The notes below the pieces were generated by a model that had not been told where the DNA came from, made no database searches, and saw only the letters and a program-made list of their open reading frames with translations. The position numbers and the translations under genes are program-made. A stretch of DNA of 64,000 nucleotides from Gemmatimonadales bacterium (GTDB lineage: Bacteria > Gemmatimonadota > Gemmatimonadetes > Gemmatimonadales > GWC2-71-9), in the NCBI GenBank assembly GCA_965249575.1, contig OZ252244.1, forward strand, positions 2,496,001 through 2,560,000, written 5' to 3'. Positions within the stretch are counted from its first letter, which is position 1; each line of letters begins with the position of its first letter. Shown in pieces: positions 10,568 through 20,835 of the stretch.

Positions 10568-10728
10568 TCCTGCTGGGGGCGGAGAGTCTAATTATTGAGC
10601 CAACATGCTCGATTGCGGGCTTCGTTGCTACGGCAGATGTCAGGCCCCACGGGGGAAGACAGACGTCGCAGCTGGAGCACGGTCAGTAACGTTTTCGGGC
10701 TTCAATAATCCTCTTCGTCTCCACAGGT
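10568..10728 (+). ncRNA. ssrS: Probable 6S RNA
   Basis: 5' CCTGCTGGGGGCGGAGAG pairs with 3' CTCTTCGTCTCCACAGG; ATTATTGAGCC pairs with GGCTTCAATAAT; central bubble and apical stem give a long rod; own promoter and terminator. Confidence 0.7.
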
Positions 10729-10730
10729 GC

Positions 10731-10765
10731 CGCCGGCGCATGCTCGCATGTGCCGGCGTTGTTCA
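10731..10765 (+). terminator. Intrinsic terminator after ncRNA
   Basis: CGCCGGCGCATGC-TC-GCATGTGCCGGCG hairpin followed by TTGTT. Confidence 0.55.
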
Positions 10766-10864
10766 TGGCGCGCGTTGCGACCCGCTTGACGAAGCATAGG
10801 GCCGAAAATAGCCTTCACGTGGTGACGCTACAAGCACGCTTCCAATGGACGAGGATTCGATTGG

Positions 10865-11500
10865 GTGAGTAACCCTGGGCCCACGCGTCGATCACACGAC
10901 CGGCGCCGGGATCTTTCGCTGGCTCCCGAGCAAGATGCCGCATTCGCCGCGCTGGTGCGCGACATGCTCGTACGACTTGGAGAAGATCCCGAGCGGGACG
11001 GGCTCGCGGGCACGCCCGAGCGGGTTGTGCGGTCCCTTACATGGTTGACCCGAGGCTACCAGGAGTCGGTGGAGGATGTCGTCAACGGCGCGGTGTTCGC
11101 CGAGCAGCACGAAAACATGGTGCTCGTGAGGGACATCGAGATCTACTCACTGTGCGAGCACCACCTGCTGCCCTTTTTTGGGAAAGCGCACGTCGCCTAC
11201 ATCCCGGCGGGCAGCATCATCGGCCTGTCCAAGGTGCCCCGCATTGTCGATGTGTTCGCCCGGCGGCTCCAAGTTCAGGAGCGCCTCACCGACCAGATCG
11301 CCGATGCGTTGATGGAGGTCCTAGCACCCCACGGCGTCGGTGTGGTGATCGAGGCGTACCACCTCTGCATGATGATGCGTGGTGTGGAGAAGCAGAACTC
11401 CAAGACCATCACCTCTGCCCTCCACGGAACGTTCCGAGACGACGCCAAGTCGCGGGATGAGTTTCTTCGTCTCGCGCACGGGGGGCGCTGGCTCGAATAG
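10865..11500 (+). CDS. folE: GTP cyclohydrolase I
   Basis: [35 protein letters not shown]; candidate promoter TTGACG-17-TAGCCT at 10786-10814. Confidence 0.95.
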   Translation: MSNPGPTRRSHDRRRDLSLAPEQDAAFAALVRDMLVRLGEDPERDGLAGTPERVVRSLTWLTRGYQESVEDVVNGAVFAEQHENMVLVRDIEIYSLCEHHLLPFFGKAHVAYIPAGSIIGLSKVPRIVDVFARRLQVQERLTDQIADALMEVLAPHGVGVVIEAYHLCMMMRGVEKQNSKTITSALHGTFRDDAKSRDEFLRLAHGGRWLE

Positions 11501-11527
11501 CCGTCCCCCGCTTCGATTCGCCCAACC

Positions 11528-12115
11528 ATGTTCATTGAGCTCGCCGAATTCCTTCGTTGCCCAGAGGAACACGAAGAGGCCACGTGTGTTGTGGTGCCTC
11601 GGGAGGTGGTGGGGCGAAACGTGCTACGCGGGACGATTGGGTGTGCGGAGTGCAGGCGGGAATACCCGATCGAAAACGGGATCGCACGGTTCGGCGCGGT
11701 CGGCGGCGTGGGATCCGCGGCGGACGTCGCCTGCGATTCGCAAACGATCTTTGCGCTGATGGGTCTGTCGAGCGACGGGGGATATGCGGTGCTGCTCGGG
11801 TCGGTAACCGGTCTGGCACCAGAACTGACCAAGCTGCTGCCCGGCGTGCATCTCATCGGGATCAACGCGCAGGGGTCGGTCCCGAGTGCTCCTGGGTTCT
11901 CACTGCTCGAGGCGAACCGGGTGATTCCTCTCCGGAACTCCATGGCTCGTGCGGTGGTAATCGGGTCGGAGTTCGCGAATGCACCTTGGCTCGCGGAGGG
12001 GGTTCGGGTGCTGTTGCGGGGCTTGCGCCTGGTCGTCTGCGGCGAGCAGGAGTCGGTGGACGGAACGGCGCCGCTGGCAGTGGGAGCCGGCCTTTGGGTC
12101 GCCGAGAAACGGTGA
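11528..12115 (+). CDS. Hypothetical protein with Trm112-like N-terminal zinc knuckle
   Basis: LRCP...CAECRREYPIENGIA. Confidence 0.65.
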   Translation: MFIELAEFLRCPEEHEEATCVVVPREVVGRNVLRGTIGCAECRREYPIENGIARFGAVGGVGSAADVACDSQTIFALMGLSSDGGYAVLLGSVTGLAPELTKLLPGVHLIGINAQGSVPSAPGFSLLEANRVIPLRNSMARAVVIGSEFANAPWLAEGVRVLLRGLRLVVCGEQESVDGTAPLAVGAGLWVAEKR

Positions 12116-12143
12116 GGGTCAGCGCCCGGCCCGACAGCCAGCG

Positions 12144-14027
12144 TCAGCCACGCGAGAACCAGTCGGGTTCCCTTGGGCGGGGACCGGATCCGGCAGGCTC
12201 GCGGTATGCCTCGTCGATCAAACTGCGGTACCGTCCTTCGATAACGCGGCGCTTGACCTTGAGTGAGGGCGTCAGTTGCCCCCCTTCGACACTGAAATCA
12301 TCGTCGACTACGACCACCTTCCTCGGCATCTCCGAGGATTTCAGCTTCCGCAGGCTGAGCATGACCTCCCGCTCGATCTTCGCGATCACGTCCGGCTGCG
12401 TGAAGAGATCTGTTCCGTCCGTGAGGAGAAGGTGGCGCTGTGCCGCCCACGCGGTGACGGCGGGCCTATCTGGAACGACGAGCACTACCGGAAACTTCCG
12501 GCCCTCGCCAACGACGACTGCGTTTGTGATGAACGGACAACTCCGGAGGAGGTTCTCGATTGGTAGGGGAGCGATGTGTCTCCCGGTCGACGTTACGATG
12601 ATGTCTTTCTTCCGGTCCGTGATCGTGAGGTAGCCGTCTGGGTCGAGCTCACCCAGATCGCCGGTATGGAGCCAACCATCGGCGCCGAGCACCCGGTCCG
12701 TCTCCCTAGGCTGGCCGTAGTATCCCTTCATCACGTTCGGGCCGTGTACGATGACCTCACCGTCTTCGGCGATGCGCACGTCCACCCCCGGGATGGGCTT
12801 GCCGACCGTTCCGAATCGGGGTGCCTCATATGGGTTTACCGAGATCACCGGCGAGGTCTCGGTGAGACCGTACCCCTCGAGGATGGGCAATCCCGCAGCG
12901 TAGAAAAAGCGAGCGATCTCCGGTGAGAGGGGCGCACCGCCGGACACGAAGAATCGGACCCGCCCACCGGTACGCGCTCGCAGCTGGGCAAACACCAGCA
13001 GGTCGGCGATGTGCTTTCTCAGCAGGACTAAAGGAGATAGCGGCTCGTTCGCCATCGCGGAGTCAGCCCACTGTTCCGCGCTGCGTCGAGCCCATGAGAA
13101 CAGCCGCCGCCTTACGGCGCCTGCCGAGAACGCAGCGTCGAGCGACCGCACGTACATCTTTTCGAAGAACCGGGGGACCGCGAGAATGATCGTTGGCTGT
13201 ACCTCCAGCAGGTTGGCCGGAACGGCCTCGAGGCTTTCGGCATAGTGGATCGTGCACCCGATATGCAAGGCCACATAGTGGCCGGCCATCCGCTCGAAGC
13301 TGTGTGAGAGTGGGAGAAACGACAGGCACGAGTCTTTGGTATCGAAGGGCAGCACCTGCACGACGGCGACGACGTTGGAGGCGAAATTCCCGTGTGTCAG
13401 CATGACGCCTTTGGGAGCGCCCGTTGTCCCGGACGTGTATATGACCGTCGCCAGGTCATCCGGGCCGACGCTCATCATCTCCCGGCGAGTTTGCGAGTGG
13501 TCCGAGTCGCCGGTAGCGCCGCGGCGCCAGAGGTCACCGAGAGTCATAGTGCTACCCTCGACGCTCCCTGTATCCAGCAGCACGACGTGCTGCAGATCGG
13601 GTAGCTGCCGGCGGATCGAGGTGATCTTGGCGTGCTGGTCTCCGCGAGAGACGAACACGGCGCGTGCCCGGCAGTCGCGAAGGATGAATTGGGTCTGCGC
13701 GGCAGGTAAGGAGGGGTAGATCGGGACACTGACACAGCGGCCGGCGAGCGCAGCGTAGTCCGCGATTGCCCACTCTGGACCGTTTGGGGAGAGGATCGCG
13801 ACACGGTCATCCGGCCGCAGCCCGATCGCTCTCAGTCCGGCGGCGGCACCGTGAACCCGATCTGCGAGCTCGGAGTGTGAGATGTCCTGCCACGCGCCTC
13901 GGGACTTGTAGCGCAAGGCGGCCCGACCGGTGTGAAAGCGCTGGACCGCTTCGAGGAAGAGTTGATTGAGGGTCTGCGGGCGCCCCGGCTGGCTTAGCGG
14001 CGCTTCGGGCGCTGCCACAGGGTTCAA
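12144..14027 (-). CDS. Long-chain fatty acid-CoA ligase (AMP-binding)
   Basis: YTSGTTGAPKG, EGYGLTE, WLHTGDLG, DRKKD motifs. Confidence 0.92.
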   Translation of the reverse strand: MNPVAAPEAPLSQPGRPQTLNQLFLEAVQRFHTGRAALRYKSRGAWQDISHSELADRVHGAAAGLRAIGLRPDDRVAILSPNGPEWAIADYAALAGRCVSVPIYPSLPAAQTQFILRDCRARAVFVSRGDQHAKITSIRRQLPDLQHVVLLDTGSVEGSTMTLGDLWRRGATGDSDHSQTRREMMSVGPDDLATVIYTSGTTGAPKGVMLTHGNFASNVVAVVQVLPFDTKDSCLSFLPLSHSFERMAGHYVALHIGCTIHYAESLEAVPANLLEVQPTIILAVPRFFEKMYVRSLDAAFSAGAVRRRLFSWARRSAEQWADSAMANEPLSPLVLLRKHIADLLVFAQLRARTGGRVRFFVSGGAPLSPEIARFFYAAGLPILEGYGLTETSPVISVNPYEAPRFGTVGKPIPGVDVRIAEDGEVIVHGPNVMKGYYGQPRETDRVLGADGWLHTGDLGELDPDGYLTITDRKKDIIVTSTGRHIAPLPIENLLRSCPFITNAVVVGEGRKFPVVLVVPDRPAVTAWAAQRHLLLTDGTDLFTQPDVIAKIEREVMLSLRKLKSSEMPRKVVVVDDDFSVEGGQLTPSLKVKRRVIEGRYRSLIDEAYREPAGSGPRPREPDWFSRG

Positions 14028-14740
14028 AACACGACCACGAAGCGAACCGGCGATCCAGCCACCGTATCCCCGCGCGCGGTCAGCGCAACGGCATGGATCA
14101 CGGCACTGTCGGCCGGATGGTTGCCTCCGGACCGCCGGACGAATGCGGACACGCGTCCGTCGGGCGCGGTCACCGACTCGAGGTGATGTGGCTCCGCCGC
14201 CGGCGTCGTGTCACTCACGGTGAGGAAGAACAGGCCCGCTGCCGGTGTGCCCGGCGACGGCGTGACCAGGTCGTAGACGACACGTTTGTCGGCGAGCGCT
14301 AGCACCTGGCCGGGTGTGCTGGTGAGGTCCTCGACCACCGTTGTGAGGCCGGGCGACTGAGGATCGGAAGGGGGGAACAGGACCTGCCGTGCTCCGGCCG
14401 GCGCGATGGTATCGGCTGCCGGTGTTATCGACACCGAGAGGGGGTCGGAGCGGAGCTCGTCGATCCGTGCCTGCACGCGCCCGGATCCAGGCGTCAGCCC
14501 GGTGACGAGCCCCGAAGCGCCGTCGATCGTGAACCCGACCGTGCCGGTGTCGATGACCGCCCACGAGATCTCCGCCCCGGCCACCACGTTGCCAGCCGCG
14601 TCGAGCGCTCGAGCGCTAAAACGGCCGGTGTCTCCCTCTTCGACCTGCAACACCGTCATCCCGACGATTTCGAGTGCGATGACGCGATCGAAGTCGCCCA
14701 GTAAATCGGTGCATCCGGCGACGAGGAGAACGAGCGGCAC
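14024..14740 (-). CDS. Lipoprotein with Ig-like (Big) domain
   Basis: LVAGC lipobox; GLVTG..G...V.A Ig-like pattern; start uncertain. Confidence 0.65.
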   Translation of the reverse strand: MPLVLLVAGCTDLLGDFDRVIALEIVGMTVLQVEEGDTGRFSARALDAAGNVVAGAEISWAVIDTGTVGFTIDGASGLVTGLTPGSGRVQARIDELRSDPLSVSITPAADTIAPAGARQVLFPPSDPQSPGLTTVVEDLTSTPGQVLALADKRVVYDLVTPSPGTPAAGLFFLTVSDTTPAAEPHHLESVTAPDGRVSAFVRRSGGNHPADSAVIHAVALTARGDTVAGSPVRFVVVF

Positions 14741-14751
14741 GAGTACGGGAG

Positions 14752-15192
14752 CTAGACCCGTGGTTCTTGGGCCGCCTCGAGTTCCGCTAGGGTGCGTTCG
14801 GCGTGTTCGATCCATTTTGCGGCGCCCGGGCCGCGGGGCGCGCAACCGAGAAAGGCCTTGAGATGAGTAGTGGCTGCGTCACGCTCGCCGCGCTTGACTA
14901 GGAGGAACGCCAAGCCGTAGTGAGCGCCCGCCAGGGTGCCGTCCAGTTCGAGCGCTTTGCGATAATGACGGATCGCCTCGTCGATATGGTTCGTCTTAGT
15001 GAACGCAATCGCCATGTTCTGGAGCACGCCGGGATCCGACGGGTGTTCCCGTAGCGCGAGACGATACGATGTGAGTGCGGCATCGTAGTCGCCTTGGCGT
15101 TCCAAAGCCAGAGCTTCGTTCAGGTAGTCGAGGCGCCGTGGCTGAATTCCCCCACCACGGCGGCGCCCGAAGAGGCGATTCCATAAACCCAT
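14752..15192 (-). CDS. Tetratricopeptide repeat protein
   Basis: Repeated A...Y..AL...P TPR consensus. Confidence 0.85.
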   Translation of the reverse strand: MGLWNRLFGRRRGGGIQPRRLDYLNEALALERQGDYDAALTSYRLALREHPSDPGVLQNMAIAFTKTNHIDEAIRHYRKALELDGTLAGAHYGLAFLLVKRGERDAATTHLKAFLGCAPRGPGAAKWIEHAERTLAELEAAQEPRV

Positions 15193-15275
15193 ATCCGTGC
15201 GTCAAGATACCGCTCCCCGAATCGGCTGGCAACGCGGTTGTCAGTCGTGTTATCCCAGGCTACAATCACAAGACG

Positions 15276-15809
15276 ATGCCCCGTGATCCACTCGCGAGCA
15301 AACAGGTACGCGACGTCCTCGAAGTCGATTGGACGTTCTTTGGCGAATTGTGTCGCGCGCTCGCACTTCGCATCGCCGGGACGTTCGATCCCGAGATCGT
15401 CGTCGGCATCGCAAAGGCGGGGGTGATTCCAGGTGCGGTAGTGGCGTCCATTCTCGAGCGTGACTTCGCCTCGATGGGCGTCACCCGGGCGGGCGGTGAC
15501 GTGAGTCCGACCCTCGTGACTGCCCCGCCACCCAGCGTACGGGGCCGGCGAGTCCTGGTGGTGGATGAAACGTGTGAATCCGGAGACACCCTGAAGCTGG
15601 CGCTCTCCGCGGTCCGCCGTCACAGTCCGGCGGCAGTCAAGTCGGCCGTGTCGTTCAGGACCGGTTCGTACGAACCGGATTTCTACGCGCTGGCGACCGA
15701 GAGTTTCATCGTGCTGCCGTGGGATCGCGAGATCGTTCGCGACGGGGAGTTGATCGTCAGGCCCGACTACGCCGAGTGCTTGAGTCGCAGCGGTGGGACT
15801 GAGCGGTAG
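15276..15809 (+). CDS. Phosphoribosyltransferase-family protein
   Basis: VLVVDETCESGDTL PRPP-binding motif; IVLPWD end. Confidence 0.85.
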   Translation: MPRDPLASKQVRDVLEVDWTFFGELCRALALRIAGTFDPEIVVGIAKAGVIPGAVVASILERDFASMGVTRAGGDVSPTLVTAPPPSVRGRRVLVVDETCESGDTLKLALSAVRRHSPAAVKSAVSFRTGSYEPDFYALATESFIVLPWDREIVRDGELIVRPDYAECLSRSGGTER

Positions 15810-15839
15810 CGAGCAGCCTACAAACGGCCGGACCAGCCC

Positions 15840-16400
15840 TCACTGAGATGGGGTGAGCGCGCTACGATAGTCGGCGCCGGCGGTCATGGCATCAAAAACC
15901 GCTTGCAGCGTGTCCGGTGACCCCGCGAGGAATCGGCACCGGCGATCTTCTCCGCCCGCCGCTTCGACCTCCATGACCGCCACCGTCTCCCCGGCCAACC
16001 TCCCCATGAAATCCGAGAGCATGCCCGCCGAGATGGGGCACGAGGGATTACCCGCCGCTCTGCCGGGCTCGATCTCCGCCCAGGCCGCTACGTCAATTGC
16101 CAAACCAGCATCGCCGATCCGTTCCAGCCGTACCGTTCCCCATCCGAGCGCCTGGAAGAACTCCGACAGCGCCTCCTCGAGTGATTTCGCGTCGAGCTTG
16201 GCCGGATCGTCGATGTTCGCGCGCTCGATGAGCCACTGGCAGAAACAGGTGTACACACCTTCTCCAGCGGCGAAGCCGATTTCCTGGAGGCAGGCGGCCG
16301 CTTCGTCGCCCAGGCTCTGCTCAAGCGCGGTCCGCAGGGCATGTAGTGCCTGTGGGCCGATGCCGAGGACGTTCCCGTCGAGTTGAATCGCAGCGCTCAT
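15840..16400 (-). CDS. V4R-domain protein
   Basis: FFQALGWG, C...AGML, EVE......RCRF. Confidence 0.75.
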   Translation of the reverse strand: MSAAIQLDGNVLGIGPQALHALRTALEQSLGDEAAACLQEIGFAAGEGVYTCFCQWLIERANIDDPAKLDAKSLEEALSEFFQALGWGTVRLERIGDAGLAIDVAAWAEIEPGRAAGNPSCPISAGMLSDFMGRLAGETVAVMEVEAAGGEDRRCRFLAGSPDTLQAVFDAMTAGADYRSALTPSQ

Positions 16401-16430
16401 GAGGTCGATATGTGGATGATGACGGGCAAC

Positions 16431-18482
16431 TTAGGACGATTGCCCGACGCGACGCAAGAGCGTTGCCTCATCGATGACACTCACCCCCAGCGCTTCCGCC
16501 CGGTCGAGCTTCGTGCCGGGATCTTCGCCGGCTATCACGGCGGAGGTTTTCTTCGACACGCTGGATGAAACACGCCCGCCGCCGGCCTCGATCAACTCGG
16601 TTGCTCGGGCGCGCGAGAGCTTCGGGAAGGTTCCGGTCAGCACGAACGTCTGGCCTTCGAGTGGACGGCTCCCCGCGGGCCGCGGCTCGGCGAGGCTCAG
16701 TCCGGCGCGTGCCAATCGCTCGACCAGCCTCCGATTGCGAGGCTCAGCGAAAAAGGTCACGACTCCGTCGGCGATGATGGGACCGACGCCCTCGATAGCG
16801 TTGACCGCGTCGGCGTCCGCGGCCATGAGGGTTTCCATTGACTGGAAATCGCGGGCGAGGAGCTTGGCCACCCCGGCTCCTACGTGTCGGATTCCCAGCG
16901 CGAACAGCTGGGTGGACAATGGTCGATCCTTTGACCTGTGGACGGCATCGACGAGTTGCTGTGCCGACCGAGCTGCGAACCCGTCCAACGGCTCCAAATC
17001 GCCGGTGCTGAGCCGGTAGAGGTCCGCGACGTCTCGGATCAGCTCCTGATTCAACAGTTGCTGTACTCGCTGGTAGCCGAGACCTCGAATGTCCATCGCG
17101 CCCGCGGAGGCGAAGTGGACGATTCCCTCGAGTACCCGCGCCGGACAGGACACGTTGGGACAGTAGGCCATGACCTCGTCGGGAGGCCGCTCCACCGCCG
17201 CTCCGCACACCGGGCAATTCGCGGGGGGGGTGAAGGGCTTCTCTTTTCCGGTCCGCTTGGTTCGAACGGGCGCCAACACCTGCGGGATGACCTCACCGGC
17301 ACGGGTCACTTCGACGTAATCGCCAATGCGGATGTCCCTGGCGGCGATGAGGTCCGCATTGTGCAGCGTGGCATTCGACACCGTCACCCCGCCGACCTCG
17401 ACAGGCTCGAGAACGGCATACGGATTCAACGCACCGGTCCGGCCGACGTTGATCCTGATCTCCCGAAGCCTCGTCACAGCCACTTCGGGAGCGAACTTAC
17501 GCGCGATGGCCCAGCGAGGCTCACGGCCGCCCACGATGCCCAGCTCTTCATGCAGTGCCAATCGGTCCACTTTGACAACGACGCCATCGGCCTCGAATGG
17601 GAGACTCGGCAGCGCCGCCGCCATCCGGTCAATCACTTCCCTCGCTGCGGCGAGGGTGGGCACGCTTTGGTGCTCGGGGGCTACGCGGAATCCCCATGTC
17701 TCGAGCGCCGCGAGGACTTCGCCCTGCGTCCGCAGGCCCAGCGGCCCGTCCGGTTCGATATGAAAGGCGAAAAACCGAAGTCCACGCTTGCGCGTCACGG
17801 CTGAGTCGAGCTGCCTGAGGCTGCCGGCGGCTGCGTTTCGTGGATTCGCGAAAGGCGGCTCTCCGGCTTTTGCGCGCCGGGCGTTGAGGGCGGCGAAGTT
17901 CTCGAGTGGGAAGTAGACCTCCCCTCTGACTTCCATCCATTTCGGCCACCCCGACCCCTGGAGTGTGAGTGGAATGTCGGGGATGGTGCGCGCGTTCGCC
18001 GTCACGTTCTCCCCGACCTCGCCGTTTCCGCGGGTGGCCGCCATCACCATGATGCCGGCGTCGTACGTCAGGTTGACCGCCGCCCCGTCGATTTTTACCT
18101 CGAGCTGATATCCCGCCTTCAGCACGTCGGGGGCGATGCGACCGATGCGTGCCTCCCAGGCGTCGAGCTCCGCGTCGTCGAAGGCATTGGCCAGTGACAG
18201 CATGGGAACGCGGTGTCGGTGCTTCTCGAGCGCGGTCGCGGGTTCCGCCCCCACACGCTGAGTTGGCGAATCGATCGTCTCGAGCTTCGGGTGGGCCCGC
18301 TCGATGGCGACCAGCTCGCGGAACAACTTGTCGAACTCCACGTCCGACATTTCCGGCGTGTCGAGAACATAGTACTCGTGATTGGCTCGGTGGAGGACAC
18401 GACGGAGATCGGCCGCACGCTTTTGGGCGGCGCTGGCATCGGAGGAGGGTGAGGGAGGTTCCGCGCGCTTCGAAGGCGTCAG
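16431..18482 (-). CDS. ligA: NAD-dependent DNA ligase
   Basis: KIDG, NPRNAAAGSLRQ, GRTG, zinc finger, BRCT; frame extends upstream through HEYYVLD to a CTG at 18482. Confidence 0.95.
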   Translation of the reverse strand: MTPSKRAEPPSPSSDASAAQKRAADLRRVLHRANHEYYVLDTPEMSDVEFDKLFRELVAIERAHPKLETIDSPTQRVGAEPATALEKHRHRVPMLSLANAFDDAELDAWEARIGRIAPDVLKAGYQLEVKIDGAAVNLTYDAGIMVMAATRGNGEVGENVTANARTIPDIPLTLQGSGWPKWMEVRGEVYFPLENFAALNARRAKAGEPPFANPRNAAAGSLRQLDSAVTRKRGLRFFAFHIEPDGPLGLRTQGEVLAALETWGFRVAPEHQSVPTLAAAREVIDRMAAALPSLPFEADGVVVKVDRLALHEELGIVGGREPRWAIARKFAPEVAVTRLREIRINVGRTGALNPYAVLEPVEVGGVTVSNATLHNADLIAARDIRIGDYVEVTRAGEVIPQVLAPVRTKRTGKEKPFTPPANCPVCGAAVERPPDEVMAYCPNVSCPARVLEGIVHFASAGAMDIRGLGYQRVQQLLNQELIRDVADLYRLSTGDLEPLDGFAARSAQQLVDAVHRSKDRPLSTQLFALGIRHVGAGVAKLLARDFQSMETLMAADADAVNAIEGVGPIIADGVVTFFAEPRNRRLVERLARAGLSLAEPRPAGSRPLEGQTFVLTGTFPKLSRARATELIEAGGGRVSSSVSKKTSAVIAGEDPGTKLDRAEALGVSVIDEATLLRRVGQSS

Positions 18483-19264
18483 GGGCCCTTGGCCTCCTCG
18501 GAGAGCACGGTGAGCGCGATATCGACTAGACGGTCGATCTCGTCCTTCGCTGTCTTTGATAGCGTCGAGTCGATCCGGTCATCGCGGGCCGCGAAGGCGG
18601 TGAGGAGCCGCTTCAAGTATCCGATCAATGCGACCCGCCCGAGAGCGGCCTGGCGGTTTGCCTCCGAATCGTCTTTCTGGCGGCTGCGAAGACGCTCGTA
18701 CCGATATGCGTTTCGCAGTGCCTTCGCGGTCAAACTCCCGATGACCTGGCAGAACCGCACGTCAGCGTCCGAGAACGTCGGTCCATCGCGGAATGTCCGG
18801 AGGAACATCGCGCCGATGGCTACTCCGCGCCATGTGATCGGAACGACCGTGATGGATTTGACGCGGCGCATCTCGAGGGCACCGCGGATGTGCTTCAGAT
18901 TCGGGTCCGCTTGCGCATCCGGGATGAACACGACCTCGCCGGACTGTAGCGACCGTTTGAGCTCAGGGTAACGCTCGAGGTCGACCACGAAATTCCGGAT
19001 GGTCGGGTCTTCATAGGATGCTACGAGACGGGCTGAGACTCCGCCGCGCTCCGTCAAGAAGATCGAGCATCGGTCGAGACCGAACGCCTCGCCGAGCTTG
19101 CGCGTGATGGCCTGCAGGATATCGACGAAGTGTAAGCTGCCGGAGATTTCCTCGAGGATCTCTATGACGGCGAGAAGGTGCTTGCGCTCGTGCTCGAGCT
19201 CCCTGATGCGACCGTGCAGGTGTTCGACGTCATTCGACTCGTCGAGCGCATTGCTCTCCGACAT
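18479..19264 (-). CDS. GAF-domain protein
   Basis: N-terminal coiled coil, DRCSIF, SITVVPI, ALRNA GAF pattern. Confidence 0.8.
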   Translation of the reverse strand: MSESNALDESNDVEHLHGRIRELEHERKHLLAVIEILEEISGSLHFVDILQAITRKLGEAFGLDRCSIFLTERGGVSARLVASYEDPTIRNFVVDLERYPELKRSLQSGEVVFIPDAQADPNLKHIRGALEMRRVKSITVVPITWRGVAIGAMFLRTFRDGPTFSDADVRFCQVIGSLTAKALRNAYRYERLRSRQKDDSEANRQAALGRVALIGYLKRLLTAFAARDDRIDSTLSKTAKDEIDRLVDIALTVLSEEAKGP

Positions 19265-19466
19265 GCGATCTCCAGTATACAGGCGGGCGTGGTGAAGTTT
19301 GGCGTACTCGACGGAGGCCCGTCAAGTCGCTACAATGCAAGTGGCGGTTGAGCCGGATGCGCCCCCTCCGAGACACGACACCCGGTGTGGAAATTCAACA
19401 GGTTCTGAATCGGTGGCGAATTGATGAGCGGTTCCCGGCTCCGCAGTCCCACCCTTGGGAGAGCAG

Positions 19467-19799
19467 ATGCAGGTGATTGAAGACGGAGACCTGGACCAAA
19501 ACGATCACGACGACCTCGAATATGACGAGGACGCGGCCGCGGTGCTGGAGGCCGAGGGCCACACCGGCGCCGTCGGGTTCCTGCTGGGCTTCACCCTCGG
19601 CGCCGTGGTCGGGGCGGGTATCGCCCTTGTCCTCGCGCCCGCGGGCGGGAAGGTGACCCGACGCCGACTCACCGGGCTGGTTCGCGAGTTGAAGGATGAT
19701 GCGACCGACCGGTTCGGGGACGTTCAGGAAGACCTCGGGAAAAAGGTGAAGCGGGAGCGCCGCCGGATGAAGCGTCGGCTCGAACGCTACCGTTCCTGA
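19467..19799 (+). CDS. YtxH-domain protein
   Basis: GFLLGFTLGAVVGAGIALVLAPAGGKVTRRRL. Confidence 0.8.
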   Translation: MQVIEDGDLDQNDHDDLEYDEDAAAVLEAEGHTGAVGFLLGFTLGAVVGAGIALVLAPAGGKVTRRRLTGLVRELKDDATDRFGDVQEDLGKKVKRERRRMKRRLERYRS

Positions 19800-19839
19800 C
19801 CCTGCCGTGAGCTCTGGGCCGGGCGTACACCGAAGCGGC

Positions 19840-20037
19840 TCAGCCTCTCGGAGTTCCCGGTCCCCAGTCGGGTAGCTGGTCCTCCGCGTCTTCCGGGGTT
19901 GAGAACGTGCTCAATCCCCTGACCTCCTCCTCAGCCTCATCGAGATCCGGATCCTGCGGCTGGGCGTATCCCCCCCTCCGAATCACGAGCCAGACCAGAA
20001 GGGCCACTAGCAGGGCCAGAAGGAATATCAATCCCAT
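19840..20037 (-). CDS. Small membrane-anchored protein
   Basis: N-terminal TM helix, acidic tail; overlaps arsC end. Confidence 0.6.
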   Translation of the reverse strand: MGLIFLLALLVALLVWLVIRRGGYAQPQDPDLDEAEEEVRGLSTFSTPEDAEDQLPDWGPGTPRG

Positions 20038-20426
20038 AAGTCAGAGAGGCGATCGCGGATCTGGTCACGAGCCGCGCGGAATGCCTCCAGCCGCTCCGCA
20101 TTCGAGCCGGTGACCGCCGCGGGATCTGGCAGCGGCCAAGTGAGTCGCTGAGCCCGCCCCGGTACGACGGGACATACCTCCTCAGCACACAGCGTCACGA
20201 GGACGTCCGCCTCGTCGAGCGGGATCTCTTCCGTTCCCTTCGAGCGGTAGTGGCTGATGTCGATCCCGATCTCCCGCATGGCTTCGACCGCCAGGGGGTT
20301 GACGCGCCCGGGGTTCGACCCAGCACTGAAGAACCTCCACGTGCCGGGTCCGAAGGCTCTCGCGAGTCCCTCCGCCATCTGGCTCCGGGAGGAATTCGCG
20401 ACACACAGGAACGCGACCGTCGACAT
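20028..20426 (-). CDS. arsC: Arsenate reductase (LMWP family)
   Basis: FLCVANSSRSQMAEG, LC....CP, DPA motifs. Confidence 0.88.
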   Translation of the reverse strand: MSTVAFLCVANSSRSQMAEGLARAFGPGTWRFFSAGSNPGRVNPLAVEAMREIGIDISHYRSKGTEEIPLDEADVLVTLCAEEVCPVVPGRAQRLTWPLPDPAAVTGSNAERLEAFRAARDQIRDRLSDLWD

Positions 20427-20457
20427 CTCTCTCGTGATGAACTTGGGGGGGCAGGTG

Positions 20458-20835
20458 TTAAGTACGCTTCGGGCCTGCTTGCGATCGAACGAGGACCAGT
20501 ATGGCGGCTTGAGGAACCACTAGATACCGCTTCGACTCGTACGTGATCTCAACCGCGGCCTTCCTGAAAAACAAAGCGAAATCGCCGGTCAGTGGCTGCA
20601 TGGGCACGTAGCGGGTCTCCGTCCCCCCGAGCTTCCAGGGCTCCTCGTCGGAGTCTGATGGATCCGGCAGCGCCGTCCCGGGCCCGGTGGCCACGACGCG
20701 TCCGCTCTGCACGGCCTGGCGATCGATGGCCGTAGGGGGTAGGTAGAGCCCAACACCCGTGCGCTCCTCGCCCTCTTCTGGAACGATCAGCACACGATCG
20801 CCTACAACGATCAGTTCTTTGGGTGGCTCATCCAT
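20458..20835 (-). CDS. GroES/Cpn10-family co-chaperonin paralogue
   Basis: GDRVLIVPEEGEERTGVGLYLP, GRVVATGPG; no groEL adjacent. Confidence 0.8.
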   Translation of the reverse strand: MDEPPKELIVVGDRVLIVPEEGEERTGVGLYLPPTAIDRQAVQSGRVVATGPGTALPDPSDSDEEPWKLGGTETRYVPMQPLTGDFALFFRKAAVEITYESKRYLVVPQAAILVLVRSQAGPKRT

